Below are positions 40,510 through 53,142 of a stretch of DNA of 64,000 bases, piece by piece. Location of the stretch: contig OZ024743.1 in assembly GCA_964016885.1 (NCBI GenBank), positions 316,882,001 to 316,946,000 of the forward strand. Direction: 5' to 3'. This DNA comes from Eledone cirrhosa. Its lineage: Eukaryota. The translations under genes were made by a program, and so were the position numbers. The notes under the pieces are model-generated. The model searched no databases. It saw only the letters and a program-made list of their open reading frames with translations, and was not told where the DNA came from. The stretch's first letter is position 1. Every line of letters begins with the position of its first letter.

Positions 40510-40850
40510 TTTCTACTTTTGGCACAACGCCAGCATTTTCCCAGTGTATTATTAGTGCTTTGGCAGTATCGGTAGAGGGTCGGACGCCATGCTTTCCAGC
40601 ATAGTTACGTCCCTTTACGATCTGAGTTCAAATCCCGCTGAGGTTTACTTTGCCTTTCATCCTTACGGAGTCGATAAAATAAAGTACCAGTAATGTACTG
40701 GGTAATAAAGTACCAGTAATGTACTGGCCTTGTGCCTAAAGTAGAAACAATTATTAGTGCTTTATTTTATTGACCTTGTAAAGATGAAAGGCAAAGTAAC
40801 TCTATGCTGTAAAGCATCGCGTCCGTCCCTCTACCGGCCAATCCACAACA
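40510..40850. mobile_element. SINE family A (+) nested in an older SINE A (-)
   Basis: Inner element 40562-40749 is flanked by the 14-bp duplication attattagtgcttt (40548-40561, 40750-40763). Confidence 0.85.
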
Positions 40851-41399
40851 GCCAGAAATGTGAGTAAATGGTATTTTTATCATTATATTGCCTTTGTATT
40901 TCTTTGCAATTCTGTTTTGTATTTTTTAACTGGTTGAGATCTATACCGACTATAAATTCGAAATAATCTCATTTTGAATTTGTCGCTAGCACAATCCCTA
41001 GGCAAATCACAAATCGTTCTTCCACGTGTGACATCACTACTTGTTGCCAACTGCCTTAGCCACTGTAGCAGTAATTTCTTGACGCATAAAATGGACAGAC
41101 TCCTTCTCACTCTCTCGCTATATTAGTTACATCCGCTGACGACGCAATGCAGAACTGAAATGCATAGATGCACGATGCTACTACTGTGATTGGCAGATTG
41201 CAAATTGCATGTTTGTACTTGCAGAAACCTCGAGGTCCTGGACAACCACATGTGACAGTCCCATAATAAATATACATTTTGTTAGCAGTCTGAGACAGGT
41301 TCGCTTGCTTATACATTCAAACCATATCTCATTGAGTGAGAAATGTGAGCAATGGGGATTAGAGTGAATATATTTCCAATAACTTCGCTACTTAGACTA

Positions 41400-41846
41400 T
41401 ACATCTATCTATCTAAGGCGGGTAAAATTCCCGAGATCCATGGACGAGTTCTCTCCAGCGGTCTCTGTCCCTCATTATCGCTGCCATATCCTGCATCTCC
41501 AACAGACCAGTGTCTGTCCTTAGGGCATCAACATATGTTAACCTTGGTCTTCCTCTTCTAGTGTGTCCATGTAGGGGCTCCCAAAGGAGCACTGAGTGCA
41601 ATGTCAACTCTGGATGTCGGTGAGCATGTCCAGCCAACCTCAGTCTCCTCTGTTTCACTTTTGAGCTGATTTTTGGGATGCTCCCATACAGCTCTGAGTT
41701 TTTCATCCTCAGTGTATACTGATTAATGTTCAGAGCCATCCTCAGCATTCTCGTGTAGCACCCATCCACCATCTGAGTGAGTCTCTTGGTCAGTGTCCAA
41801 GTCTCAGACCCATACAGCAGCACAGACTCCACTACAGCAATGAAGA
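41400..41846 (-). mobile_element. RTE-like LINE 3' fragment, different family
   Basis: VESVLLYGSETWTLT...RRLRLAGHAHRH...RGRPRLTYVD. The 5' truncation abuts (TA)n. Confidence 0.85.
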
Positions 41847-41848
41847 CT

Positions 41849-41893
<45 letters not shown>

Positions 41894-42130
41894 TTTGTAT
41901 AACAAGAACAGGGAAACATGTAATTGACGGGTTTATATACTCCATAACGTATGGTAGTATCCTGAAATAGACGTACTGATTTGTATTAGTGCTCATATAT
42001 ATGTATTGAAGTGTGTGTTTGTGTGCATGCATGCATATATGTATGTATGAATATGTATGTATGTTTGTATTGTATATATATTTTTTTTTTTTAAATGTCT
42101 GTTTTAATTTTCTGTACTATTCGTCACTAC

Positions 42131-42769
42131 CTTAGCTTGTAATTGAGACATTTTCAGTTCCATTTCCTTCACCCATTCTTCGTGCTGTTTTTCCCATTTT
42201 TCTTTAAACTCATGTATTAATTGTTCCTTCTTCTGTAAACATTCCATTTCTTTGTTACTGAGCCTCGTCTTTAAATTTGCTATATCAACTTGTAAGTTTT
42301 TGTTTCGTACCGCAAGAGCCAAGTTTTCGTTGGTTAAAATATTTATCCGGTCCAGCAACGAATTAGCATACTTTGATAATTTGATCTCATCAGTTACAAG
42401 CAATGTCGATTCAAGATCTGACGACGCCTTACTTTCTTCTGTCAATTCTGAACTTAATGGTTCAGGATATTCCACTAGATTTTTCTTATGTTGTTTATTA
42501 CAAATTACTTCCTCTGAAAGCGTTTTTAGACTTTCAGCGGTATGGTTTTCAGGATTTTCATTTTTTTTGTTAGCATCAATTGAATGAGCTACATGAAGAA
42601 TTTTTCTATCGGGTCTCACAATCGTCGTACTTTTAGGTTTTCTTAGTTGTTCATGTTTTTCCTTCAAAGATACAACCTCTGCTTGCAGATCGTTGATCTT
42701 ATGCTGAAGATCAAAAGTGGTTCGTTTCTTTAAAACGGAACGAACAGCTTTCTTCATGTGTTGTGACAT
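42131..42769 (-). CDS. Unrecognised coiled-coil protein, first coding exon (213 codons)
   Basis: Long non-repetitive ORF with heptad-rich E/K/L/Q segments in AT-rich context, ending at donor AAG|gtagtg (42131/42130). Confidence 0.7.
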
Positions 42770-42783
42770 GTTACCATAGTAAC
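42770..42783. promoter_or_regulatory. RFX X-box
   Basis: GTTACCATAGTAAC fits the consensus GTNRCC-AT-RGYAAC and is immediately upstream of the ATG at 42769. Confidence 0.7.
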
Positions 42784-42871
42784 ATATGTACTAGACAGAC
42801 AAAAGTTACTTCCCTTAGTAAGTGAGTAAACAGTGGAAAAATACTTTAACCAATTTCAATTGGATTATATA

Positions 42872-43051
42872 CGGGGTCGGCTCAAAAGTTCATAGGTTGA
42901 CTATGAAAGTGTGATGCTAGTGCTGTGAAATCTTGCAATTCTTCTTATTAATAACTGCATTATTTCTTTCCAGGGACTATGTTGAAAAATAAACCTTATT
43001 CGGTCATTCCATGAGAGTATCTTAGCCTATGAACTTTTCAGCCACCCCACG
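42872..43051. mobile_element. Tc1/mariner-type MITE
   Basis: TA-flanked imperfect TIRs cggggtcggctcaaaagttcatagg / cctatgaacttttcagccaccccacg. Confidence 0.75.
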
Positions 43052-43659
43052 TAATGTTTGCAATAAAAGGGAGGTGGATTGGCAGTGGTTCAAATCCCGC
43101 CGAGGTTAGCTTTGCCTTCTATCCTTACAGTGGTCGATGAAATAAAGTACCAGTAACGTTCTTTTTCTTTTTTATTGCAAAGATTATATAAGTATGTATT
43201 TTATTGCAAAGATTATATAAGTATGTATTTTATTGCAAAGATTATATAAGTATGAAATTTCGTTTCATTTTTTTCCGATTATATAAGGATTTCTTTATAA
43301 GTAAATAAATTTGCAATAAAAAAGAAAAAGAAAGAAGAAAACTAATTAACAATGAAAGTAAGATAAAGTGTGTGTGTGTGTGGGGGGGGGGGGGGCACAA
43401 CACCATCATTTAAGCAGTATATCTCAGCTGTGACCCGCAAACAAAATAATGAAGGCGCTGCTGCGAGCAAGAGCCAATGACACTTGTTGCATCAGCCAAT
43501 CCTCCCAGTGGAGTAACTAAGGAAATTAGCGCCTATACCAAGTAGTGAAATTACGCCCTTGCAAATATTAGACTCTATTAAAATATTTCACAAATCTTGC
43601 TATGAGGTATGCCTATGTGGTCATGCAATTCCCAACACTGTTTTTACCTATGGGCCTAA

Positions 43660-44273
43660 TCTATATATCTAAAACAGAGAATGTCTGTCTGTCTGTCTGA
43701 CTGATTCCCTAAAACTCGAGAACCACCCAACCGACTTTTTTCAAACTTTACACATGTAATACTTATGTTTTGAGCAAAAACTATTTCAAATTTTCAATGC
43801 CCTGGGGAACGCATTGGGCGATTTAGCGATCTCTCTATAATTCTTAGTCTTTCATTTTAGATAGATACATAGATATAACGCTGCGCCCTTATAATATCTG
43901 TCTGTATGTCTGGCTGCCTGCATTACGACATTATGTGTGCGTATGCGACATATGTGTGTGCGTATATATATATATATATATATATAGTGTGTAACGTTTT
44001 TCGAAATAGTTACTTCTGCGTTCACAGATTGATTTTTTTAGTTTCAGAAGATCCCGTTAAGGGTGAAAGCAGCGATTCTTTGCTTAAACTTTAATCTGTT
44101 ATTTTAATATATATATATATATAATTATATATTCGTGTACAGATATTTTTGCATACACAATAACAAAATATAAACAAACGTATTTATTTCACGAGGCTCG
44201 ATAAGGATAAATATATATCAAATATATAAGAACCCTAGAGCAAATCCCGAGCAACGCCGGGCTATTCTGCTAG
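43660..44273 (+). mobile_element. Non-autonomous Helitron
   Basis: A|TC start, internal (GTCT)n, subterminal hairpin cccgagcaacgccggg, CTAG|T end, no TSD. Confidence 0.8.
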
Positions 44274-44691
44274 TATAATATAAAAGAAAGATATTTATTG
44301 GTTGGTTGGTTGGTTGGTTGGCTGTTTGGCGGGTTGAATCACACGAATACTCTCATACACACACACAGATCTAAAGAGAGAGAGGTAGAGAGAGCGATAG
44401 GCCGTTATACAGTGACGAAATGTGACGAAATCGAATATAATGTATCGATTTTTGAGCGTAAGTTATCAGTTATTTCCCTTTGTTCTGTTTACATTGAGCG
44501 TCTTACGTAAAAAATTACGCTGGCTTTAACAGTTGTCGAGCCAGCAAAATATTGACCTGCAAAATTCATCAGTTCGAACACTAAGCTTCCGTTTTGCTTC
44601 ATTTCCATTTAAAAGCATTTTAAAACAATATTTTTACTTGAAAATAAGTCTATTTAAAGACTACGTAAAACAAGCAAATATTTCGTCGTTA

Positions 44692-44855
44692 GGCGTGCAG
44701 ACAGACTGTCGTGCAGAGAGGTGATATACGCGTGCAGACAGATAGTCGTGCAGAGAGGTGATATAGGCGTGCAGACAGATAGTCGTGCAGAGAGGTGATA
44801 TAGGCGTGCAGACAGACAGTCGTGCAGAGAGGTGATATAGGCGTGCAGACAGACA
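44692..44855. repeat. 37-bp tandem repeat (~4.4 copies)
   Basis: gcgtgcagacagatagtcgtgcagagaggtgatatag at 44693, 44730, 44767, 44804, 44841. Confidence 0.9.
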
Positions 44856-45486
44856 TAACTGATAATTTGGTTACGCTAATGTTTTTCTCTGCGTTGCAGT
44901 GTTTACATTTTCGATCTTTGTTAATAAATAACCAGTGCAGTTTCTATCCCCAGCATCCTCTTTTGTTATAACATTCGGGTTATCGTTATGTTTTCTTAAC
45001 TTCATAAGGCATATTGTTGGTTGAGGGAATATTAATCAAAAACACCACATGCAAGTCTGCACAGTAGACACTACAGTTTTTAAGCCAAGAAAAAAACTTA
45101 ACATTGTAACTTTAACACAGCTACTGAGCGACCCCGAGCAACGCCGGGCTTTACTGCTAGTTATCTATATTACTAAAACAGATAATGTCTGTCTGTCTGT
45201 CCTATCACTAAAACTCGAGAACTACCCAACCGAATGTTTTCAAACTTTACACATGTAATACTTATGGTCCCGTGAGTGTTTTGAGCAAAAGAGATTTCAA
45301 ATTTTCAATGCCCTGGGGACTGCATTAGGCGATTTAGCGATCTCTCTCTATAATTCTTAGTCTTTCTCTTTTTAGATAGATACATAGATATAACGTCGCG
45401 CCCTTATAATAGCTGTCTGTGTGCCTGACTGTCTGCATTACGTCATTATGACGCGATCAGTGTGTGTGTGTATGTATATGTATAAT

Positions 45487-45764
45487 CAGTGGCGAAGGGT
45501 AACCTGGAAAGCAGGGCATGCAGTCCAATCGCGCCATGGCAGGAAAGTGGGGCTGTGCAGCCCCCCCCCCCCCCATTTCCTCTAAATGACCCTCCCAGTC
45601 AAAGCCACATGTAGTGTTATCTAGTGTGTGTGTGTTATCTTTTTATGTGTATACGGTTTAGCAAGCAGCCAAAATTCTGCTTGCTTCAACCGACGCAATT
45701 GATCAACTCAAGATTCTATAACGCATGCACTGCATGCGTTGCATGCACGCACCCTTCGTCCCTG
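45487..45764. mobile_element. hAT-like MITE nested in the Helitron
   Basis: TIRs cagtggcgaagggt / acccttcgtccctg with an approximate 8-bp TSD atgtata(a)t. Confidence 0.6.
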
Positions 45765-46667
45765 ATGTATATATAGTGTGTGTGTATATATATATATATA
45801 TATTCTTATGCCAGGGAACGTCTTCACGAACCAAAGTATCGTCTTCCTGTTTTCCTTCGGTTGCAACGTTTTTCGAAATATTTACATCTGCGTTCACAGA
45901 TTGATTTTTTTAGTTTCAGAAGATCCCGTTAAGGGTGAAAGCAGCGATTCTTTGTTTAAACTTTAATATGTTATTTTAATATAGACTAGCAGAATGGTCC
46001 GGCGTTGCTCGGGATTTGCTCTAGGGTTCTTTTATATTTGATATATATTTATCCTTCTCGAGTCTCGTGAAGTAAATACGTTTGTTTATATTTTGTTATT
46101 GTGTATGCAAAAATATCTGTACACGAATATATAAATAACAGTACAGAGAAGTACAGAATACCTATATTTTTGCATACACAGATACAAAATATAAACAAAA
46201 AAGGCCGGCGATTACATAATCACATGCATCACTGACAGATATGTTGCATATTTTTTTAGTTTTAATATATATATATAATTATATATTCGTGTACAGATAT
46301 TTTTGCATACACAATAACCAAATATAAACAAACGTATTTATTTCACGAGGCTCGATAAGGATAAATATATATCAAATATATAAGAACCCTAGAGGAAATC
46401 CCGAGCAACGCCGGACCACTCGAGAACCACCCAACCGATTGTTTTCAAACTTTACACATGTAATACTTATGGTCCTGTGAGTGTTTTGAGCAAAAAAAAA
46501 AAATTTTAATTTTCAATGCCCCGCATTAGGCGATTTAGCGATCTCTCTCTATAACTCTTAGTCTTTCTCTTTTTAGATAGATACATAGATATAACGTTGC
46601 GTATATAATGCTGTCTGCATTACGACATTATGACGTAGCTGTGTGTGTGTGTGTGTATATATATATG

Positions 46668-46741
<74 letters not shown>

Positions 46742-46774
46742 TGTGTATATATATATAATATATATATATATATA

Positions 46775-46829
<55 letters not shown>

Positions 46830-46830
<1 letters not shown>

Positions 46831-47952
46831 TAGTAGCTGAGCCCGGTTGCACCCGGGGCCACTTTTTATTAAGTTAACAATTTGAAAAATATTATTGAAA
46901 GTTTATTATAAAGAAGCAGTTTCAGGGAAAAAAAATAGAACTTTGCACTTGGGGCTGGACAGCATACAATGAGAAGCGTTGTTTATTAACAGCGAAATAG
47001 CAATGTCGATGATATGCAATTTGAAAAATACTACTTACTGTTAGTGGTGGTTAACATGTATTAGAATTAAAATAAAAACACGCGTCCCTTCTTCGCAATT
47101 TAAGGGTTTTATTTCTTTTGATGGAAAACAGTGACCGTACTGCAGACTCGATTTCATAAAACGGTACTGTAAGATCGTTAAATGTAGAAGGATGATTGTT
47201 TATTAACAGCGAAATAGCAATGTCGATGATATGCAAGTTTTAAAATGCATATTATGAAGGTTTGTATGATAGTTTACACTTTTTCCTGAAACTGCTTCTT
47301 TAAATATTTATTTACAGTTTTTCACAGAAAAACTATGCTTCATTTTTACATGAATATTTATTTACAGTTTTTAAAAGAAAAAAAATTGCTGCGAAATACA
47401 TTTTTTTAAAACAGATTTACAGTTTTTAACAACAGAAAAAACATTTCTTTAAACAATATATTGTTGCGATAAACAGTTCAAAATTTTTTCGAAACATTTA
47501 CCTTCGTGGCGTATCGTGTAGTGGGTGGAGCTAATAATTGAATGTCGATGATGATAATTTAGGACACTAAAACTAAGTATCGCCGAGGGTTTTATTTCTT
47601 TTGATGGAAAACAGTGACCGTACTGCAGAATCGATTTCATAAAACAGTACTGTATGATCGTTAAATGTAGAAGGATGATAGTTTATTAACAGCGAAATAA
47701 CAATGTCGATGATTATGAAATTGTAAATAAGACAAAAGTATTAGAACAGGGGGAAATAACTCACCGAACGCGATAGTTTTGGGGCCCCAGGTACCACATT
47801 TTTCAAGTTAGAGATTTGAAACCTCGTCTATTTGCTTCCTTGGCACTTTTTACATAGGTGTGTAAATTTTCATGTCAGTCCAACCACGTCGACTACCATT
47901 TAACCGTGCGCATCAATTTCAACCACCACCCATTTCACAAATATATATTAGA
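46830..47952 (-). mobile_element. Second Helitron family inserted in (TA)n
   Basis: Minus strand: TC start, hairpin cccgggtgcaaccggg, CTAG|T end. Internal direct duplication ~47100-47235 / 47585-47715. Confidence 0.7.
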
Positions 47953-49372
47953 TATATATAGTGTGTAACGTTTTTCGAAATATTTACTTCTGCTTTCACA
48001 GATTGATTTTTTTAGTTTTAGAAGATCCCGTTAAGCAGCGATTCTTTGCTTAAACTTTAATCTGTTATTTTTATATATATATATAATTATATATTCGTGT
48101 ACAGATATTTTTGCATACACAATAACAAAATATAAACAAACGTATTTATTTCACGAGGCTCGATAAGGATAAATATATATCAAATATATAAGAACCCTAG
48201 AGCAAATCCCGAGCAACGCCGGGCCATTCTGCTAGTACTTTATTAAACCCTTCCGTTGTTTCCCTCTACGTAGTCTCTCACCATGCTAGAAATAGCAGTA
48301 AAAAATGAAAACGTTCCGAGGGGGAAATTAAAGTATTACTATAATCTACTTTAGGCACAAGGTCAGCAATTTGAAGGGGAGGGGGAAGTCGATTAAATCG
48401 ATCCCAGTGCTTACTAGTGCTTTATTTTATCAACCCCGTAAAGATGAAAAGCAAAGCTAACCTCGGCGGGATTTGAAATCAGAAATATAATGCAGTATCG
48501 GTAGAGCATCGGATATGCTTTGTAGCATTCAGTTACGCCCCTTTACGTTCAAATCCCGGTGATGTTAGCTTTGCTTTTCATCCTTAAGCGGTCGATAAAT
48601 AAAAATTACCAGTAACACACCGAGATTGATTTAATCGATCCCCCCCCCCCCCCCAAAAGTGTTGGCCTTTTGACTAAATCAGAAACCACTATTTTAATTA
48701 TTTTATTTTGTTTGTTTATTTGACTTATCTATTTATATTACTGAATCGTGAATCTAAAAACAGTCTAAAGTCTGTCTCGAGCCCGGAGGTTCATCAGTCC
48801 GGTGCTTATCCTGGTTTCCGTGGCGTGAAGCAACCGAGAGGATAAGACTGCTCCCTGGACATGACACCAGTCAATCACAGGGTTAAACCCCCGCTATTGC
48901 TGGTACTCACTCTCAGCTGAGTATACTGGAGCAACTCAAGAACACAACACACAACCCAGTCCAGGAATCGAACCCACGACATTATGAATCGTGAATCTCC
49001 CTGTTCAAAATGTAGAATTCCAAAATAAAAAAAAATAGAATAAAATAAAATAAAAGCTATGGCCATATACAAATGGGATGCTTATTCCGAAACTTGGGTC
49101 GATGTATTCGACTTTACCCGTCGCCCATGCCGTCCTTGTGCCCCAAAGTAGAAACAAACTATTATTACGACCACCATTACCATAACCACCATCACGACTA
49201 CTCCCATTACCATTGTCGCCCCACTATCACTGCTCCCACCACCACCACCACCACTAGCCAAGGTATATCACGTGTCCAGTCCAGTTCTGAACTATCAGTC
49301 AGAAGAAGGTTCAGACATCACCCATTTCAGCTAACTTAACTCCAGACATTTGACGAACGATAATTGGAATAG

Positions 49373-49476
49373 ATGACAGACTCGGGAGAAATTACTTGCT
49401 TTACTTTCCATCATGTACCCGGGAAAACATTTTCTTTCACTAGTGAGAAGGATAACAATGACTTTCTCGTGAAATG
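49373..49476 (+). CDS. CFAP300: Cilia- and flagella-associated protein 300 (C11orf70 homolog), coding exon 1
   Basis: MTDSGEITCFTFHHVPGKTFSFTSEKDNNDFLVK(W) resembles the recalled CFAP300 N-terminus (F..LP.KTF......L.QW). Ends TG|gcaagt, phase 2. Confidence 0.75.
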
Positions 49477-52400
49477 GCAAGTTTTCTATCTATCTACCTG
49501 TCCGTAATCTTTCGTTTTAAGATCACTGACAACTTCCGGTAATTTCTGATAGTGCAGAGAAATGACAGTTTCTTCTATAATTTTATCAACATTATCTTAA
49601 TGTAAAAATACCAACCATGTATGTATCTCTGTAAAATATACATTATCAAGAAAGTTAAAGGAAACAAGTTCTCCAGCTATGCCGTGACACGTGTCTGTGT
49701 GATATACCTGCAGCTTAGACCAGTGATTCTCAACGCGGGCCTAAAATATTTTTTATGGCCCTGAAGTTGGTCCAAGAAAAATAGGTGGGCTTTGAAATTC
49801 GTGTACCCTTAATGTAGTTCTCAGAAAATTTCAGCAATGACAACAGAATGTGACAAAGCTAGTGACAGTCCTTCGAAATAACAGGTACAAATCATTTTTG
49901 CCAGCTGAGTGGATTGGAGCAACGTGAAAACCTTTTTATTAATGTATATTTTACAGAGATACATTTTCGAATGCATACATTACGATTGTTGAGTAAAAAG
50001 TGTCATTTTCACTTACGAAAATTACCGGTAGTTGTGTGATATTAATATGAAGGATTACTTATTTGTTTGAACATGTATAGGTATTCACATGGCTGTAAAA
50101 TGTTCCTGTTATTGAATTAAAGACAATTATCTTGTGTTGATCCTTGTTTCAATCTTTTTTTATTTTGACACCGAACCGTCCATAATTCTACGATAAAAAA
50201 CAAAACGTGTCTTTATTTATCTAAAATAAACCTTCTGTCATAATTTTATGTAAGAACCTATGTTCCGTGCATCATCTTAACAATGAGAAAGTTAGTTATA
50301 TGTTTTAAATATTTTCAAAATTATTTGACAATGCTTTTCGTTAGAAATATATATCTATATGACCAACGTTTATTTATTTTTTATTGATAGTCATACAATT
50401 TTGTAAGGAACTGAGTTATACTAATGTCGTTTACATTTCTCAATCAAATATATAATTGAATACATCTTATTTAAGAAAGAAATTTGAAAAAAAACAAACT
50501 ATAAGATCTTTCATACAGCAGACGATAATTTGAAAGCCTCCATAATAACCTCTAACCTTCCTTAGCAACCGATATCAACACATCCTTGTTTTATATTTTA
50601 TATTTTCACTAATATATTATGTATTAAATATCAATTAAATTTAATACTTTCAAAATGTTCTTATATCATCCATACTATTTAACACTTATTATTAAACACT
50701 TATTGATAATGGATGTATATATTTACAATGAGATATTCTCGAAACTTTTTCGGTAACCAAAACAAAGAATGTTCTCGAATTTTTCCCGGGAAGCAACATT
50801 AAATCTTCGGCAAAATACTATAGACTTTCTTTTTATATTGAAAAGAAAGTAAAATCAGCCGATCCGGTGTACCGGATATTTTAATTAAACGATTGTAATT
50901 AAATAAATAAACACTTCTGGTTGACTATTGTTTTTTTTGTTTTTTTTTGTTCTTGTTATTCGCTTTGATTATATATTTTTTGTGTATTATCTTTATAAGG
51001 TTCCTAGCAATAATTAATTGATTATATGTAGTTCTATTTAATCCTATATATTTGATAATAATATATGTGATAATAAAAAACAAACATCACTGGTGATGCT
51101 CGTGAAGGTGCTTGGTTGTTTCAGCACCCTAGCCCCGCCATCACCATTGTGGTATGCGAACGATTGTCGCACTTGGTGAATTAACGGTCGTTTTTGCTTT
51201 TGTTTTCCTTCTTTTTAAAAATCTTTCTCCCGCTTTGATCTTATATTTTGGTGCGTTGTGTTCGTGAGGTTCATAGCAATAGTTAATTGTATTTATTAAT
51301 GAACTGGGTAATTGCTGGCCTTGTGCCTAAAGTAGAAACAATTATATGTAGAGGGTCGGACGTCATGCTTTGACGCATAGATCTACGGCCCTTGCCATTC
51401 TGAGTTCAAATCCCGCCGAGGTTAACTTTGCCTTTCATCCTTACGGGGTCGATAAAATAAAGTACCAGTAATGTACTGGATAATTGCTGGCCTTGTGCCA
51501 AAAGTAGAAACAATTATGAGTTTATATGTGTGTTTATATTTTCATTATGAAAGAATTGTGAACAATTTGTAATGTTATTTATACAGCTGTGAATAAATTT
51601 ATTCCTGACCAAAAGAAAGAAAAAGTGAAAAATATGTAGTTAACTGCAAATATAAAACCCATTTACAGTAAAAACAACACATACATATTTGGACTAAATA
51701 AAATAGTCTAATAATAACGGGGTATATAATCCACATAATGAAAAAAGATGGGCATCAGCACATACGGGAGTTTAACCCTCACCTCATGTTTGCCGGACAA
51801 GTATGTAATGGTAGTTTACTTGTCCAGCAAATAAGTGGTGTCGGTTCGACTCTCATATGTGCTGATGTAGATCTTTTTACAGCCAGGTCTCCCCCTCATC
51901 ACGAAATCCGTGTGTATCAATGTATGTTTATATCTTTGCCTTCTGTTTCTAGCATATCTACTGATCATGTAAATGCAATAAATCTAAAAATTATTTGGAG
52001 TCAATAAAATATTAATACCAGTCCAGCGGTGGTAGACAGCTGGAATTGTTAAAGCATTGGGCAAGATCCCATGTGGTATTTGTTCTGGCCCTTTGCTTTC
52101 TGAGTTCAAATCCCACTGTGGCCTATTTGGGTGGTAGATTTAATCTGTCGAATGGTTTAACACTATCACCTAACCCTTAGGTACTTTTAGTGGAGTTTGG
52201 TCTGTTGCAAGCATTCAGTTTAGGTTTCCTGGTTTATGTTATTTTTTCCCCTCTCTCCTGACAGTCCCAGGCGCCCTGAAAAGGTGTTGGGTGCTGTCCT
52301 TACCTCCCTGATTAAACACTACTCCTCCCCTCCTCACTAAAATATACTAGATAATTGATTCCATCCATCTATCAGCTTTGAACTCGCTATGGAGTCGTAG

Positions 52401-53060
52401 AGCAATCTGGTGGAGCTCATCGCTCTCCACGTCAGAACACAACAGATTTCTTCTTGCAAGCGTGGAAGATGGACGTTAAATGATGATGATATATATATAT
52501 ACAGAAAGAATTGAGTCCAGTATTGAACTGGTACTTTAAAAGGATGAAGAGCAAAGTTAACCTTAGTGAAATTTAAACTCAGATTGCAAAGAGCTAGAAC
52601 AAATACTACAAAGCATTTTATCTTATGTTTGATGGATGTGCAATGTTAATGTAAGCGAATGACAGTTTGGATGAACTGAGAGAAAAACTGGGTATAAGAA
52701 GAATCATATACAGTGTGCAAGAAAGAAGTCTGCATTGGATTGGACATGATATGCATGGATGGTGATCGCTGGGTGAAGAAGTGCCAGGAAATTCCCGTGG
52801 AGGGAAGCCGCAGTAGAGGTAGGCCAAGACCTGCCTGGGCAGAGGTGGTGTGTGTTGATCTCAAATCACTAAGACTCACAGAGGAGATGACAATGGATCA
52901 TGACATGTGGAGAGATGCTGTACTGAGAAGGACCTGTCCAACCCATGCAAGCGTGGAACAACAGACGTAAAAATGATGATGATAACAACTCTGTCACTTT
53001 ACCACCTTAGATAACTGATTATACTTGCTTTTTCAATGTCTTATATTTTCTTTCTTGCAG

Positions 53061-53142
53061 GGGAATGAAGGAGAATCTGAAAATTCAGTTATTTTCTGTT
53101 GACCAAGTATTTCAGTCTTATCAATACAAGAATCTAATCAAT
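53061..53142 (+). CDS. CFAP300: CFAP300 coding exon 2
   Basis: ttgcag|G GGA ATG..., (W)GMKENLKIQLFSVDQVFQSYQYKNLIN|gtaggt. 82 nt, phase 2 to 0. Confidence 0.85.

Larger units (their letters stand above)
45164..48235 (+). mobile_element. Compound Helitron array (tandem and inverted copies of the 43660 element, with nested insertions)
   Basis: TC start at 45164, CTAG|T at 48232-48235, inverted 3' end at 45986, head-to-tail junction near 46420. Confidence 0.75.

Noticed and set aside
44040-44080. CAGAAGA-tccc-gttaa-gggt-GAAA inside the Helitrons (also ~45918, ~48020)
   Set aside because: The essential CUGA box is broken in every copy and no stem I/III is evident.
49073-49339. 88-aa His/Thr-rich ORF before CFAP300
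   Set aside because: Made of a SINE fragment and (CAC)n low-complexity sequence, and it ends before the CFAP300 ATG.
50555-51280. X-box half sites (tagcaac, agcaac, tagcaat) and a short duplicated segment
   Set aside because: Only half-site matches in AT-rich intronic sequence, too weak to call.
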